Positions 9,920-19,317 of a DNA stretch of 64,000 nucleotides are shown one piece after another (the stretch's first letter is position 1; each line of letters opens with the position of its first letter). Origin of the DNA: Thermoplasmata archaeon (GTDB lineage Archaea; Thermoplasmatota; Thermoplasmata; Lutacidiplasmatales; UBA184); the NCBI GenBank assembly GCA_021823345.1, contig JAKAOF010000001.1, forward strand, positions 26,062 to 90,061, in the 5' to 3' direction. The translations under genes and the position numbers were made by a program. The notes under the pieces are model-generated. The model did no database searches. It had not been told where the DNA came from and was given only the letters and a program-made list of their open reading frames with translations.

Positions 9920-10207
9920 ATGCAGATAAAACTAGTGGAAAAAGGGCACGACTTCCTGCGCCTTTCGCTGCCGAAGGGCGCCGAGACCATCTTGGTACCG
10001 CTCGTCGAAGGGTTGCAGGCCGAGGACGCCGTCATCGAGGCCCGGTACTACATCGGGCACCCGTTCGCGGAAGAACCCGGGCTCTATCTCAAGACCAAAG
10101 GGGAGAAGCCCCAGGCCGTGCTGAAGCGCGTCCTCAAGTCGCTGTCGGAAAATTACTCGGACGCCCTGACCCGGTTCGACAAGGCCACCGAGAAGCAGCG
10201 GAACTGA
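9920..10207 (+). CDS. rpoL: DNA-directed RNA polymerase subunit L (Rpo11)
   Basis: 95 aa, MQIKLVEKGHDFLRLSLPKGAETILVPLVEGL matches the Rpo11/RpoL N-terminal fold. Internal ATG of track ORF 9824..10207. Confidence 0.8.
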   Translation: MQIKLVEKGHDFLRLSLPKGAETILVPLVEGLQAEDAVIEARYYIGHPFAEEPGLYLKTKGEKPQAVLKRVLKSLSENYSDALTRFDKATEKQRN

Positions 10208-10220
10208 TCCTCTTACATCC

Positions 10221-10895
10221 ATGCTGAAGGAGTGCGTCAAGCACGGATATTTCCGCGGAGAAGTCTGTCCCCTGTGCGGGGACCAGGCCCGGTTCTTCAT
10301 GGACGACCGGGAACTCGACCACATGGCCCGTATCGTGGCCGGTATCCTCCGTCATTTTCCCCCCCGTTACGGGCTGACCCCCGGGCCCAACGGCTGGGTG
10401 CAGATGCGGGACCTCGTGCAGGCCATCAAGGCGCAGCACCGGAACTATCCCTGGCTCAAGGGCCACCACCTGATCGCCCTCGCCATGACCGACCCGAAGG
10501 GACGCTACGAGCTCCGGGACGATGCCATCCGGGCGACCTATGGTCACACGGTGGAAGTGGACCTTGACCTTCCTACGGACAACATTCCCGAGAGCCTCTA
10601 CTATCCCGTGACCCCGGAAGAGAAGGACCTCGTGCTCGAGGTCGGATTGCGGCCGACCGACCGCAAGAAGGTGCATCTCTCGCTCACGGCCTTAGATGCT
10701 TTCAGCGCGGGCAAGGTCCGCTGCGAGGCACCGACGATCCTCTCGGTGGACACCCGGAAGACGGTCGAGGACGGGCACACGATCCAGCGGGCCGGGAAGA
10801 CGGTCTTCTTGGTCGACATGGTCCCTCCGGCCATGCTTTCTCTCTACGATGGAGAGCTTCCCTCGGTCGAGAACGGGGCCGCTCCCGACGAGTAA
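10221..10895 (+). CDS. kptA: RNA 2'-phosphotransferase (Tpt1/KptA)
   Basis: 224 aa with the Tpt1/KptA-like HGT..V and VHLS motifs. Typical archaeal size. Confidence 0.75.
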   Translation: MLKECVKHGYFRGEVCPLCGDQARFFMDDRELDHMARIVAGILRHFPPRYGLTPGPNGWVQMRDLVQAIKAQHRNYPWLKGHHLIALAMTDPKGRYELRDDAIRATYGHTVEVDLDLPTDNIPESLYYPVTPEEKDLVLEVGLRPTDRKKVHLSLTALDAFSAGKVRCEAPTILSVDTRKTVEDGHTIQRAGKTVFLVDMVPPAMLSLYDGELPSVENGAAPDE

Positions 10896-10957
10896 GCTCT
10901 CCTGTAGGGGACGGCCGCGAGCCACCTCGTGCGAGCCGCGTTGATCTGAACGAGGGC

Positions 10958-11584
10958 CTAGAAGGCCACGCCGTGCACCGGCGGGTTGGGATCGGTCTGG
11001 GACCGCAAGAAGACCGTCGAGTCGGGAGAGGCCGCCGAACGGTTCAACGATCCGATCGATTGTTGGAGGAGTTCATAGGCCGCCGAAGTCTCAGGGTTGG
11101 CCGAATCCGTCGGGCCCCGGTGGTAGATCTGGAGCCGGTTCCCTTCCATCACCAATGCGAGGCGTTCCGGGGTCGATTCCGAGGTCCACAGGAGCGTGGT
11201 CCGTTCTCCCTCTTCGAACGAGCCCACCCAGCGGAAGCGACCGAACCAGCGGCCCGCCATCGACCCCAGGACCCGGTTCGAATCCGTGACGTGCGTCAGC
11301 CGGAGTTCCGCCTGGGGCCGCTCGCCCCGGGCGGGGAAGTGTAAGGTCGAAGCTCCCTCCGCCGGGAGGAAGCTCCGCTCGGGGATCCGGTAGCCCATGT
11401 CGCTTCGCTCGACGTGCCCTTCCTTCTCCAGTCGGTGCAGGGTCCGGGAGAGGCTCTCCTGGTGAACTCCGAGAGTCCGCCGGAGCCCCGCGAAGGTGAT
11501 TGCACCCGGAAACTCCGACATGAGGTCGAGGACCCGCTGGTCCAGCGGGCCGGAGCCTCCCCACTTAGGACGGGACATGCCCAA
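10958..11584 (-). CDS. winged-helix (ArsR/MarR-like) DNA-binding protein, C-terminal domain unknown
   Basis: N-terminal LDQRVLDLMSEFPGAITFAGLRRTLGVHQESLSRTLHRLEKEGHVER is an HTH. The remaining 130 aa have no recognisable domain. Confidence 0.5.
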   Translation of the reverse strand: MGMSRPKWGGSGPLDQRVLDLMSEFPGAITFAGLRRTLGVHQESLSRTLHRLEKEGHVERSDMGYRIPERSFLPAEGASTLHFPARGERPQAELRLTHVTDSNRVLGSMAGRWFGRFRWVGSFEEGERTTLLWTSESTPERLALVMEGNRLQIYHRGPTDSANPETSAAYELLQQSIGSLNRSAASPDSTVFLRSQTDPNPPVHGVAF

Positions 11585-11749
11585 TCTACCTGGGTCGGGC
11601 GTATTAGTTTTTGCAGGTCCCGGGAGCTACACCCGCGGGAGGGGCCATTTCGGCCCCTGCCCGGGGCCTGGCATCGGGAGCGGCGGGTGGGGTCCCGTTC
11701 CCAGCGGGGCCCCCTTCAGTGCGGATACACCCATCGTTGGTCCTCGGGT

Positions 11750-12013
11750 TCACTCGGAGAAGAGCTTGTCGAGCTTCTGGCGGATCACCCGCTCCTTCTC
11801 CTCGTACTTCCGGCCGCCGTCCCAACGGGCGTTGACGAGTTCGACCAGAAGGGTCGCGACCTGGTCGAGCCAGGGCCCTTCCTCCTTCTCGAACTGGGCC
11901 TTCAGTTTCTCCCGCAGGAGCTCATTGTGCGCCCGGTAGGCGCTCCAGACCCACGGTCCGTAGTTGTTCGCGTTCTCGGTCTCGTATTCGGTCCCACAGC
12001 ATCCCTCGCTCAT
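11750..12013 (-). CDS. hypothetical small protein (87 aa)
   Basis: Internal ATG of ORF 11750..12091 (MSEGCCGTEYE...). Charged helical C-terminal part. Coding status is plausible but unverified. Confidence 0.35.
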   Translation of the reverse strand: MSEGCCGTEYETENANNYGPWVWSAYRAHNELLREKLKAQFEKEEGPWLDQVATLLVELVNARWDGGRKYEEKERVIRQKLDKLFSE

Positions 12014-12600
12014 GTTCGTTCCCTTCGAGTCGCCTCGATCAACCCAAGGCCTGCGGGGGGTTGTTGACGGGCATCGTGAACATCCGGTCACATCGCTTCG
12101 ACGGCCGTGACCTGGACTTCCGGTGTGCCCCGGCCCAAACGGAACGCTTCACGGTAGTGCACGGAACGTGCCTCTCCACTTCTTGACCTGGCCGGGGCTG
12201 TTGGACCCCGGGGTTGTCCTCGCTTCATCCCGCCGGGCGACCCGCCCGTGTTTCTGGTCAGGAGGGACCACTTCTCGGAGTTCAGGCTCCGCGTTGGCGA
12301 AGCCAACAGGGTTGACGCCGTGCATGCGTATAAGCGTCGTGGACACCTTAGGAGGGGTAGGGTCGGGTCAGGGCGATGATCCGCTCGGGGGATTCCCTGG
12401 TCCTAAACCGAGCTTCCCCGGTCCGGGGTTCGGTTCGATCTCCGCTCGTTCGCGCCCTCCGGTGGCCCGCTCCGGGGAGCTTGGAATTTTCCGTTCTTGT
12501 CAAATAACCACCGAAGACTTCGAATGACACGTCATAGCAAACAGAATACTCATATACTCGAGGCGGAATTTCGCCCTGTAATACATGGGGGCCTCCATAG

Positions 12601-14196
12601 ATGCCTGAAGTGGTACTCACCTGCGACTGGACGATGATGAGTAACCACAACGGCAAGGAGTTCTTGGGCTTCGGGACGACTACCCCGGCCCTGGTCCTTC
12701 CGGAAGCGGCCTATCGGCGTCTCTTTTATCCCGAAATGAAGACCGACGCGGACGGCCATCCTCAGATGGCGCCGTACGGCCTTCGGAAGGTCGAGGCGTC
12801 CCTCATCGACGGGGGGTTCGACGCCCGGATCATCCATCCCAGCTTCCTGAGCCGCTACATGCCGGGGGAGGCCAAGGTGCTCCTCATCTCCGGTCACGAT
12901 TACCTCGCGCTCAACCCGCCCTCGACGACCTTCGCGGGGATCATGAAGAAGGAGCCCCTGAATCGGGTCAACTTCATGCGGATGATGCGCCAGCCGCACG
13001 TGGTCGAGGCGCGCCGACGCGGGATGAAGATCATCGCCGGGGGACCCTGCGCCTGGCAGCTTTCGCCCGTGACCCGGCAGAAGCTCGGATGGATCGACGA
13101 GTTCGTCCGGGAGATCGGGGGCATCGACACGGTGGTGGAGGGCGAGGCGGACCTGTACGTCCGGGAGATCGTGGGGAAGGCACTTCGCGGAGAACCCCTT
13201 CCAGAGCACGTCATCATTCCCCCGAAAGAAGCGCCCAAGGTGGAGCAGATCTCCACGATGCGCTATGCCTCGGTCAACGGTCTTACGGAGATCGGGCGCG
13301 GCTGCTGCCGCGGTTGTTCCTTCTGCTCCGTCACCCAGCGGCCCACCCGGTGGTATCCGCTCGAGAAGATCGAAGCGGAGCTCGCGATCAACAGGTCGGT
13401 CGGGATCACCGACGGGTTGCTCCACTCCGACGATGTCCTGTTCTACGGCTCGCCGAACATCATGCCCCGGGAAGAGAAGATCCTGCCCCTGATGCAGATG
13501 GCGAAGAAGTACTACGAGCATGTGGGCTGGAGCCATGTCGCAGTGGCGACCCTCATGACGAAGCCCAACCTTTTGCCCAAGATCCACGACATCCTGTGCA
13601 CGGGGTCCCAGTCCTGGTGGGGCGTCGAGATCGGGATGGAAACGGGAAGCCCCCGGCTCATCACGAAGGCCATGCCGGGCAAGGTGGCCCCGTTCCGGGC
13701 GAGCCAGTGGCCCGAGCTCGTGGTGCAGGCCGCGGGACTCCTGAACGACAACTCGGTCTATCCGGCATGCACGTTCATCGTGGGGTTGCCGCAGGAGACC
13801 GAGGAAGATGTCATTAAGACCATCGACCTTTTCGACGATCTATGGGACTTCAAAGCGATCCTGGTCCCGATGTTCTTCGTGCCGCTCGGCCACCTGGAGA
13901 AGAAGGACTGGTTCAAGCGCGACATGGTCACCGAGCGACAAAAGGAGCTCATGACCCGGGCGCTCTCGCACGGGATCCGCCAGTCCCGAGACCTGCTCAA
14001 CGTGTTCTTCGAGAACAAGGAAGGATTCTCCGGACGTGCGTACCGCACGGCCTTTGCGAGCTTCATCGGCTTCATCGAATTCATCGCACGGGAGAAGGGC
14101 CTCATGAGTGAACCCAAGCGGGACTCCCGGACTCCCATCGAGAGCCCCCTGTTACACCCCGAACGGATCCCCTTGCCGACCATCCCGGTCCGATAG
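12601..14196 (+). CDS. radical SAM protein with N-terminal B12-binding-like domain (archaeal family; Tes/MJ0865-like candidates)
   Basis: 531 aa. GCCRGCSFCS gives the CxxxCxxC radical-SAM cluster motif at about aa 235. The N-terminal 230 aa resemble the cobalamin-binding-like domain of archaeal rSAM families. Confidence 0.7.
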   Translation: MPEVVLTCDWTMMSNHNGKEFLGFGTTTPALVLPEAAYRRLFYPEMKTDADGHPQMAPYGLRKVEASLIDGGFDARIIHPSFLSRYMPGEAKVLLISGHDYLALNPPSTTFAGIMKKEPLNRVNFMRMMRQPHVVEARRRGMKIIAGGPCAWQLSPVTRQKLGWIDEFVREIGGIDTVVEGEADLYVREIVGKALRGEPLPEHVIIPPKEAPKVEQISTMRYASVNGLTEIGRGCCRGCSFCSVTQRPTRWYPLEKIEAELAINRSVGITDGLLHSDDVLFYGSPNIMPREEKILPLMQMAKKYYEHVGWSHVAVATLMTKPNLLPKIHDILCTGSQSWWGVEIGMETGSPRLITKAMPGKVAPFRASQWPELVVQAAGLLNDNSVYPACTFIVGLPQETEEDVIKTIDLFDDLWDFKAILVPMFFVPLGHLEKKDWFKRDMVTERQKELMTRALSHGIRQSRDLLNVFFENKEGFSGRAYRTAFASFIGFIEFIAREKGLMSEPKRDSRTPIESPLLHPERIPLPTIPVR

Positions 14197-14199
14197 AGG

Positions 14200-15504
14200 T
14201 TGGACATGGGAACCCCACCAACTCAACAGATCCCGCTCGCCGACTTCCTGCCCACCCTCCCGCACATCCGGATGGTCGAGGAGAAGGTCGATCCGCACTT
14301 GGGCATCTCCCGGGAGCTGCTCCGGACCCCGAACGAGGCGGTCTGGTTCCGCGGGTTCCGGAACCCGAGCGTGGTCGGGAACCTGTGGCCCACCCGGGAA
14401 TCCGTGGCCCAGTGCTACGGCGCCACCCCGGCGGAGCTCACGGAGATCTTACTCTCGGCCATCGAACACCCGGTCGCTCCGGCCCTCGGAGTGACGAGGG
14501 TCAGCTGGAGAGAACAGGAGACGAAGTCCGGGCTGGGCTCCTGGCCCGTCCCCCATTTCTTTCCCCGGGACGCCGGCCCCTACCTCACGGCCGCCGTCTA
14601 CTCCGCCACCTGGAAGGGAAAGCGCAATCTGTCGTATCATCGGTTGTGGGTGCGCGGCGACAGTGGCGGGCCCATGCGGCTCGTTCCTCGTCATCTCGAC
14701 CGGATGGTCCGGGAGGCCCGAAACGCGCGGGTCGAACTTCCCGTGGCCCTCATCCTCGGAGCTCCGATCGACGTGCTGCTGGCCGCCGCCTGCTCGACCG
14801 ACTACGCTGTCGACGAGATGGAGATCGCATCGGCGCTGCACCAGCGGCGCACGGGATCCCCTCTTTCGGTCTTCGAACTTCCGAATGGGATCCGAGTGCC
14901 GGCACAGGCCGAGATCATCCTCGAGGGCCGGATCACGCTCCGGGATGAGGAGGAGGGACCTTTCCTCGACATCCTGGGCACCTACGATGCCCGGCGGGTC
15001 CAGCCGGTCGTGCAGATCGACACGGTGCACACGGTGAAGAGCCCGGTCCTCCACGCCATCCTCCCCGGCTCGAACGAGCACTTCCTCCTGATGGGACTTC
15101 CCCGGGAGCCGCTGATCCTTCGGGCCGTGCGTTCCGTGGTCCCCGGGGTCAAGTGCGTCCGCTTGACCGAAGGGGGTTGCGGATGGCTCAACGGGGTGGT
15201 CTCCATCGAGAAGCGCCGCGAGGGCGATGGGAAGAATGCCATCATGGCGGCCTTCTCCGGACATTTCTCGATGAAGCATGTCACCGTGGTGGATGCCGAC
15301 ATCGATGTCTTCAACGACCGCGAGGTAGAATGGGCGGTGGCGACCCGGCTCCAGGCGGACAAGGGGCTCATCGTAGTGCCCGGCGCGACCGGGAGCAGTC
15401 TCGACCCGAGCGCTACCAAGGAAGGGGTGACGACCAAGTGGGGGATCGACGCCACGCTTCCGGTGAACGCCCCCCGCGAGCCCTTCGAGAAGGGTCATCT
15501 CTAA
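14200..15504 (+). CDS. UbiD-family (prenylated-FMN dependent) decarboxylase
   Basis: 434 aa. Conserved UbiD blocks (YHRLWVRGDSGGPMRL, LILGAPIDVLLAAA, FLDILGTYD). Starts 3 nt after the rSAM stop. Confidence 0.8.
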   Translation: MDMGTPPTQQIPLADFLPTLPHIRMVEEKVDPHLGISRELLRTPNEAVWFRGFRNPSVVGNLWPTRESVAQCYGATPAELTEILLSAIEHPVAPALGVTRVSWREQETKSGLGSWPVPHFFPRDAGPYLTAAVYSATWKGKRNLSYHRLWVRGDSGGPMRLVPRHLDRMVREARNARVELPVALILGAPIDVLLAAACSTDYAVDEMEIASALHQRRTGSPLSVFELPNGIRVPAQAEIILEGRITLRDEEEGPFLDILGTYDARRVQPVVQIDTVHTVKSPVLHAILPGSNEHFLLMGLPREPLILRAVRSVVPGVKCVRLTEGGCGWLNGVVSIEKRREGDGKNAIMAAFSGHFSMKHVTVVDADIDVFNDREVEWAVATRLQADKGLIVVPGATGSSLDPSATKEGVTTKWGIDATLPVNAPREPFEKGHL

Positions 15505-15561
15505 CCTGCCGGCAGCAGCCGTCGGGCGTGCGGGCGACATGCGAAGATAGGTCCGAACGTC

Positions 15562-16485
15562 ATGCATCCCAGAACCCGGTCTCTCGCCATCGTGGCGCTG
15601 GCCGCCTCGCTCTGGGGAGTCTCGGGAACGGTGGCCCAGGCCCTCTTCGCCCAGTACGGGTTCCCGCCGCTCGGACTCGTCACGCTGCGCATGCTCTTCT
15701 CGGGAGTCCTGTTGCTCGTGATATTGCGCCCTCGATTTCCCCGACAGCATGTCGGACGTCTGATCGTCTTCTCCGTACTGGGTCTGCTCGCGGTGCAGGC
15801 GACGTACTTCCTGGCGATCGCCAACTCGAACTCTCCGACCGCGACGTTGCTCCAGAGCCTGTCGCTGCCGATGATGGCCGCGTTCGAGGGGATCCGGTCG
15901 ATGGAGGGTCGCAACTCCCGGCTGGGGATCTCGGTCTCCCTCGCGGTCGCCGGAACGCTGCTGCTGACCCTCGGGCAGGTGCGGGCCAGTCTGGCGCTGA
16001 CCCCGCTCGGGCTCCTGTTCGGACTCCTCTCAGCGGCCAGCGCAGCCTACTACACGCTGGACTCCCGGACGCTCACGCAGAACGAGGACGCCTGGTCCGT
16101 GACCGGTTGGGGGATGCTGATCGGGGGAATTGTCAGCCTTCCGCTCGGTACGCCCTCACTGATCGCCTACTTTGGCCACGGTCCGATCGCCGACCCGTGG
16201 ACCGTGATGGGGTGGGTGCTCTTCGTGCTCATCGCGGGAACCCTCCTTCCCTTCGGGCTCTACCTGCAGGGTCGCCGGGGGATCTCCGGGACCGAAGCTG
16301 GAGTGGGGGGCGTCATGGAACCGGTCTCGGCCAGCATCGTGGCGTTCGTCTTTCTCGGGGTCGTCCTGACCCCGCTTCAGTATCTCGGAGGGATCCTGGT
16401 GCTGCTGGCCGTCATCCTTCTCTCGCAGGCTAGCGTCTCCCGGAACGCAGCGAAGAACGGGGCTAGTCCACCACGGTCAACGTGA
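15562..16485 (+). CDS. EamA/DMT-family transporter (10 TMS)
   Basis: 307 aa, two EamA repeats, hydrophobic throughout. Confidence 0.8.
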   Translation: MHPRTRSLAIVALAASLWGVSGTVAQALFAQYGFPPLGLVTLRMLFSGVLLLVILRPRFPRQHVGRLIVFSVLGLLAVQATYFLAIANSNSPTATLLQSLSLPMMAAFEGIRSMEGRNSRLGISVSLAVAGTLLLTLGQVRASLALTPLGLLFGLLSAASAAYYTLDSRTLTQNEDAWSVTGWGMLIGGIVSLPLGTPSLIAYFGHGPIADPWTVMGWVLFVLIAGTLLPFGLYLQGRRGISGTEAGVGGVMEPVSASIVAFVFLGVVLTPLQYLGGILVLLAVILLSQASVSRNAAKNGASPPRST

Positions 16486-16900
16486 CCTCTACGCCGAGAT
16501 TGCTGTAGGCCCGCCAGTTGTACTCTCCAAAGGGGCGGCCCACGATGATGTGGATGCGTCCCCAGTGCCGGAAGAGCGTGAGGTCCGCATCTGAGGGATG
16601 GAGGGCCCCCGAGGGGTGCGAATGTACCGTGCCGACCACCGTGAGGTCGACCGGAAGCATGTAGAGCTGGAAGTTCGCGTGGCGTCGTCCCGCGGTCGTT
16701 CCGGGGATGAGCAAGAGGTCGGTGACCGTCTCGGCTTCTTCGGAGCGCAGGATCGCTCCGAGCTCGTTCGGAAACGTGGAGGCTCCTCCGGCAAGGATGC
16801 TCTCGAGCACGGAACGACGGATCTTGCGGATCGTGTGGGTCGAGAGGTGGGACGGAGCGTTGGGATCCTTCTTCCGCCGTTTCGGGCGGAACATCGGCAT
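16463..16900 (-). CDS. JAMM/MPN+ metalloprotease domain protein
   Basis: HSHPSGALHPSDAD is an HxHx7Sx2D JAMM motif. 145 aa with a basic N-terminal tail. Confidence 0.7.
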   Translation of the reverse strand: MPMFRPKRRKKDPNAPSHLSTHTIRKIRRSVLESILAGGASTFPNELGAILRSEEAETVTDLLLIPGTTAGRRHANFQLYMLPVDLTVVGTVHSHPSGALHPSDADLTLFRHWGRIHIIVGRPFGEYNWRAYSNLGVEVTLTVVD

Positions 16901-16908
16901 CGCGCTGC

Positions 16909-17817
16909 CTACGGCCCATCCCAGGAGAGGATGGACCGGACCCGGAGCCGTTGAAAGAACTCGGTCGAGAAACGGACCAGCGAGGTCCTCCGCGGAGACT
17001 TGAACACCTTGAGCTCGACCCCTTCGCCGAGCTCTACCTCATGGTAACCATCCACGACCGCGATGGTACTCCGGGGGCGCCCCACGAGGCGGATCGTAAC
17101 CTCTTTCAACGGGCCCACGACCAAGGGACGGCCCGCGGAGGCAAAGGGGGCGATGGCGGTCACCAGGATGGCATCGACCGTGGGGTCCACCACCGGTCCG
17201 CCGGCGCTGAGAGCGTAGGAGGTGGAACCGGTCGGGGTCGAAAGGATGATCCCGTCGGCGCGGAGCCGGCCCACCGGGCGACTGTCGATGAGGATCTCGA
17301 AGGCGCGCATCCGGGCCACGTCCTTCACATGCACGACCACGTCGTTCAGGGCATCGGGCAGGCGCTCCTCCCAGATGGAGGTGGAAAGCATCATGCGCTG
17401 CTCCAGGAAGTACTTTCCACTGAGCAGGCGCTCCACGGCACCCTCGAGCTCCGCACCGTTCGGATCGACCTCGGAAAGGAAACCGACCCCTCCGGTGTTG
17501 ATACCGAGGATGGGGGCTTCCACGGCCTGAGCCGAGTAGAACAAGCAGCCGTCTCCTCCCACGGCGATCAGGACGTCACCGTCAAACTCTCGGAGGGGGC
17601 GACCGGGAAGTCCCAACGCCCGCGCGGTATCGTCCGCCACAAAAAGCTCGCAGCGGCCCTCCAGCAGGCCATGTACGACTCGGGCGATCGAGAGTGCCTT
17701 GGGTCGGTCCGGACTCGCCGTGATCCCGATCCGCACCGGGGGTTCCGGGTGTTCGTCGCCCAGCTTCACCAGTTGCCCTCCCGTTTTCCTTCTTCGTAGA
17801 GCTCGCGGCTCCCCCAC
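16909..17817 (-). CDS. nadK: NAD+ kinase
   Basis: GGDG motif (IAVGGDGCLF), NTGGVGFL, and the C-terminal DGxx..ST.TGSTAYS. An alternative GTG start at 17736 would remove the overlap with the IMPase gene. Confidence 0.9.
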   Translation of the reverse strand: MGEPRALRRRKTGGQLVKLGDEHPEPPVRIGITASPDRPKALSIARVVHGLLEGRCELFVADDTARALGLPGRPLREFDGDVLIAVGGDGCLFYSAQAVEAPILGINTGGVGFLSEVDPNGAELEGAVERLLSGKYFLEQRMMLSTSIWEERLPDALNDVVVHVKDVARMRAFEILIDSRPVGRLRADGIILSTPTGSTSYALSAGGPVVDPTVDAILVTAIAPFASAGRPLVVGPLKEVTIRLVGRPRSTIAVVDGYHEVELGEGVELKVFKSPRRTSLVRFSTEFFQRLRVRSILSWDGP

Positions 17818-18533
17818 GCGAGCACGGAGGTGCGTTCCTTGAGCGAGAGGGGGAGATCGAGCGGGGAACCGTCCGTGGAAAGCGCGTCGCCGCCTGCCTC
17901 CCGGAGGATCAAGAGGGCCGCCGCAATGTCGGTCACGCGTAGGTTGGCCTGCTGCATCCGGCTCTCGGAAAAGTAGAGGTCGCCGCTGCCGCGGGCGACG
18001 AGCGACATCTCGAGCGATGCGCAGCCGAGCGACCGGGTCCGCCGTGCCCGGGATGTCAGGGCCCGAGCCTTGTCGGAGGAGTTGTGGTTCAGGTTGAGAA
18101 AGAACAGGTCGGCCCCTCGGCGCCAGCTACGCGTGGTGATCTTGCGCCCCTCGTAGTACGCCCCGTCGCCCTTCGAGGCCCAATAGGTCTTGCCCGACAT
18201 GATGTCGTGGACCACGGCGACGTTGACATCGGCGAGCGACTTCGTGCCCAGGGCGAGGGAAACGGTTCCTAGCGGGAGGCCACACAGGACGTTGTAGCTG
18301 CCGTCGATCGGGTCCAGGGCGAGCACTCGGTCGCCTCCGCGCTCGACGTAACCGAGCTCCTCGGAGAGCAAGTTCCAGTCGAGCTTCTCCTGCTCCAGAA
18401 ACGAAAGCACTTGGGCCTCCGCGACCCGGTCGACCTCCTCGGTCGGGCTGCCACTTGCCCCAATGGAGACCACCCGGTGGGGGTGGGGGGACATCCGTTC
18501 TTGGACGGTACCCCGTTCGACCATGTGGGCCAT
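17766..18533 (-). CDS. suhB: inositol-monophosphatase/FBPase family phosphatase (possible NADP phosphatase)
   Basis: LALDPIDGSYN and WGSRELYEEG-type motifs. I trim to the internal ATG 18533 (255 aa). The track ORF extends to 18752. Confidence 0.8.
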   Translation of the reverse strand: MAHMVERGTVQERMSPHPHRVVSIGASGSPTEEVDRVAEAQVLSFLEQEKLDWNLLSEELGYVERGGDRVLALDPIDGSYNVLCGLPLGTVSLALGTKSLADVNVAVVHDIMSGKTYWASKGDGAYYEGRKITTRSWRRGADLFFLNLNHNSSDKARALTSRARRTRSLGCASLEMSLVARGSGDLYFSESRMQQANLRVTDIAAALLILREAGGDALSTDGSPLDLPLSLKERTSVLAWGSRELYEEGKREGNW

Positions 18534-18680
18534 CCGGACGAGGAGGTCCAGTTCCTTGGGACGGGTGATCGCCACGAGTGCACGCTTCCGGAAGGTCCGG
18601 GCCGCTGAGAAACCCCAAGCAAAGATAAGCTCCGCCCTGCGGGGGCGGTGGGGCCTGAACCCCCGTCCGAGGGTATGGAA

Positions 18681-18706
18681 AACTATATATCTAACCGCTA
18701 ATATAC
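18681..18706 (+). promoter_or_regulatory. AT-rich TATA region (aactatatatct...taatatac) upstream of hsp20
   Basis: The only AT-rich patch in a GC-rich intergenic region, 18–40 nt upstream of ATG 18724. It contains a second copy of the taatatac octamer. Confidence 0.45.
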
Positions 18707-18723
18707 TTTTGTTGGTTTTTACC

Positions 18724-19269
18724 ATGCCCGCAAAGAAGAACCCTCGCACCAAGCGCTCGACTGGAACGACCCTAGCGCCGACCGGGACCCCGGCAGCGGT
18801 ACCCGCGCTCTACACCCCGCAAGCGGATCTGCAGCGGATGTTGCAGGCCATGAACCAGCGGTTCTCCGAGGTCTTTGGGATCGAGCCCTTCGTCGGGCTC
18901 CCCTCCCTGGACTTCCAGTTCCCCTCCCTCGCTGCGGGAGTGCGTCCCGTCTTCTCGGATGTCGTGGATCGGGGGGACCACTACGAGATCCGTTCGGACC
19001 TTCCCGGCGTGAGCAAGGAGAACATCAATGTCTCCCTTCATGGCACGAGGGTGGAGATCACCGCCGAGACCAAGAGCGAAACGTCGACCGGGACGGAAGG
19101 CGCGGCGTATCGGGAACGGTCCCAAGGCACCTACTACCGGGCGTTCGATCTTGACGAGGACCTCAACTCGGACAAGGTCGAGGCCACGTTCGTGGATGGC
19201 GTGCTAACTCTGACCCTCCCGAAGAAGCACCCGGTTTCCCCCGAGAGCCGCCGGATCCCGGTCCGATAG
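18724..19269 (+). CDS. hsp20: small heat shock protein Hsp20/alpha-crystallin
   Basis: ACD motifs (YEIRSDLPGVSKENINV, FVDGVLTLTLPK). Internal ATG of ORF 18463..19269. Confidence 0.9.
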   Translation: MPAKKNPRTKRSTGTTLAPTGTPAAVPALYTPQADLQRMLQAMNQRFSEVFGIEPFVGLPSLDFQFPSLAAGVRPVFSDVVDRGDHYEIRSDLPGVSKENINVSLHGTRVEITAETKSETSTGTEGAAYRERSQGTYYRAFDLDEDLNSDKVEATFVDGVLTLTLPKKHPVSPESRRIPVR

Positions 19270-19317
19270 GCACCGGGAGCCCACCGAGAGCCAACACGAG
19301 GTGGCCCGAACAGCCAC

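Noticed and set aside
14449-15750. 433-aa minus-strand ORF antisense to the UbiD and EamA genes
   Set aside because: No recognisable domain. It overlaps two genes with clear family signatures.
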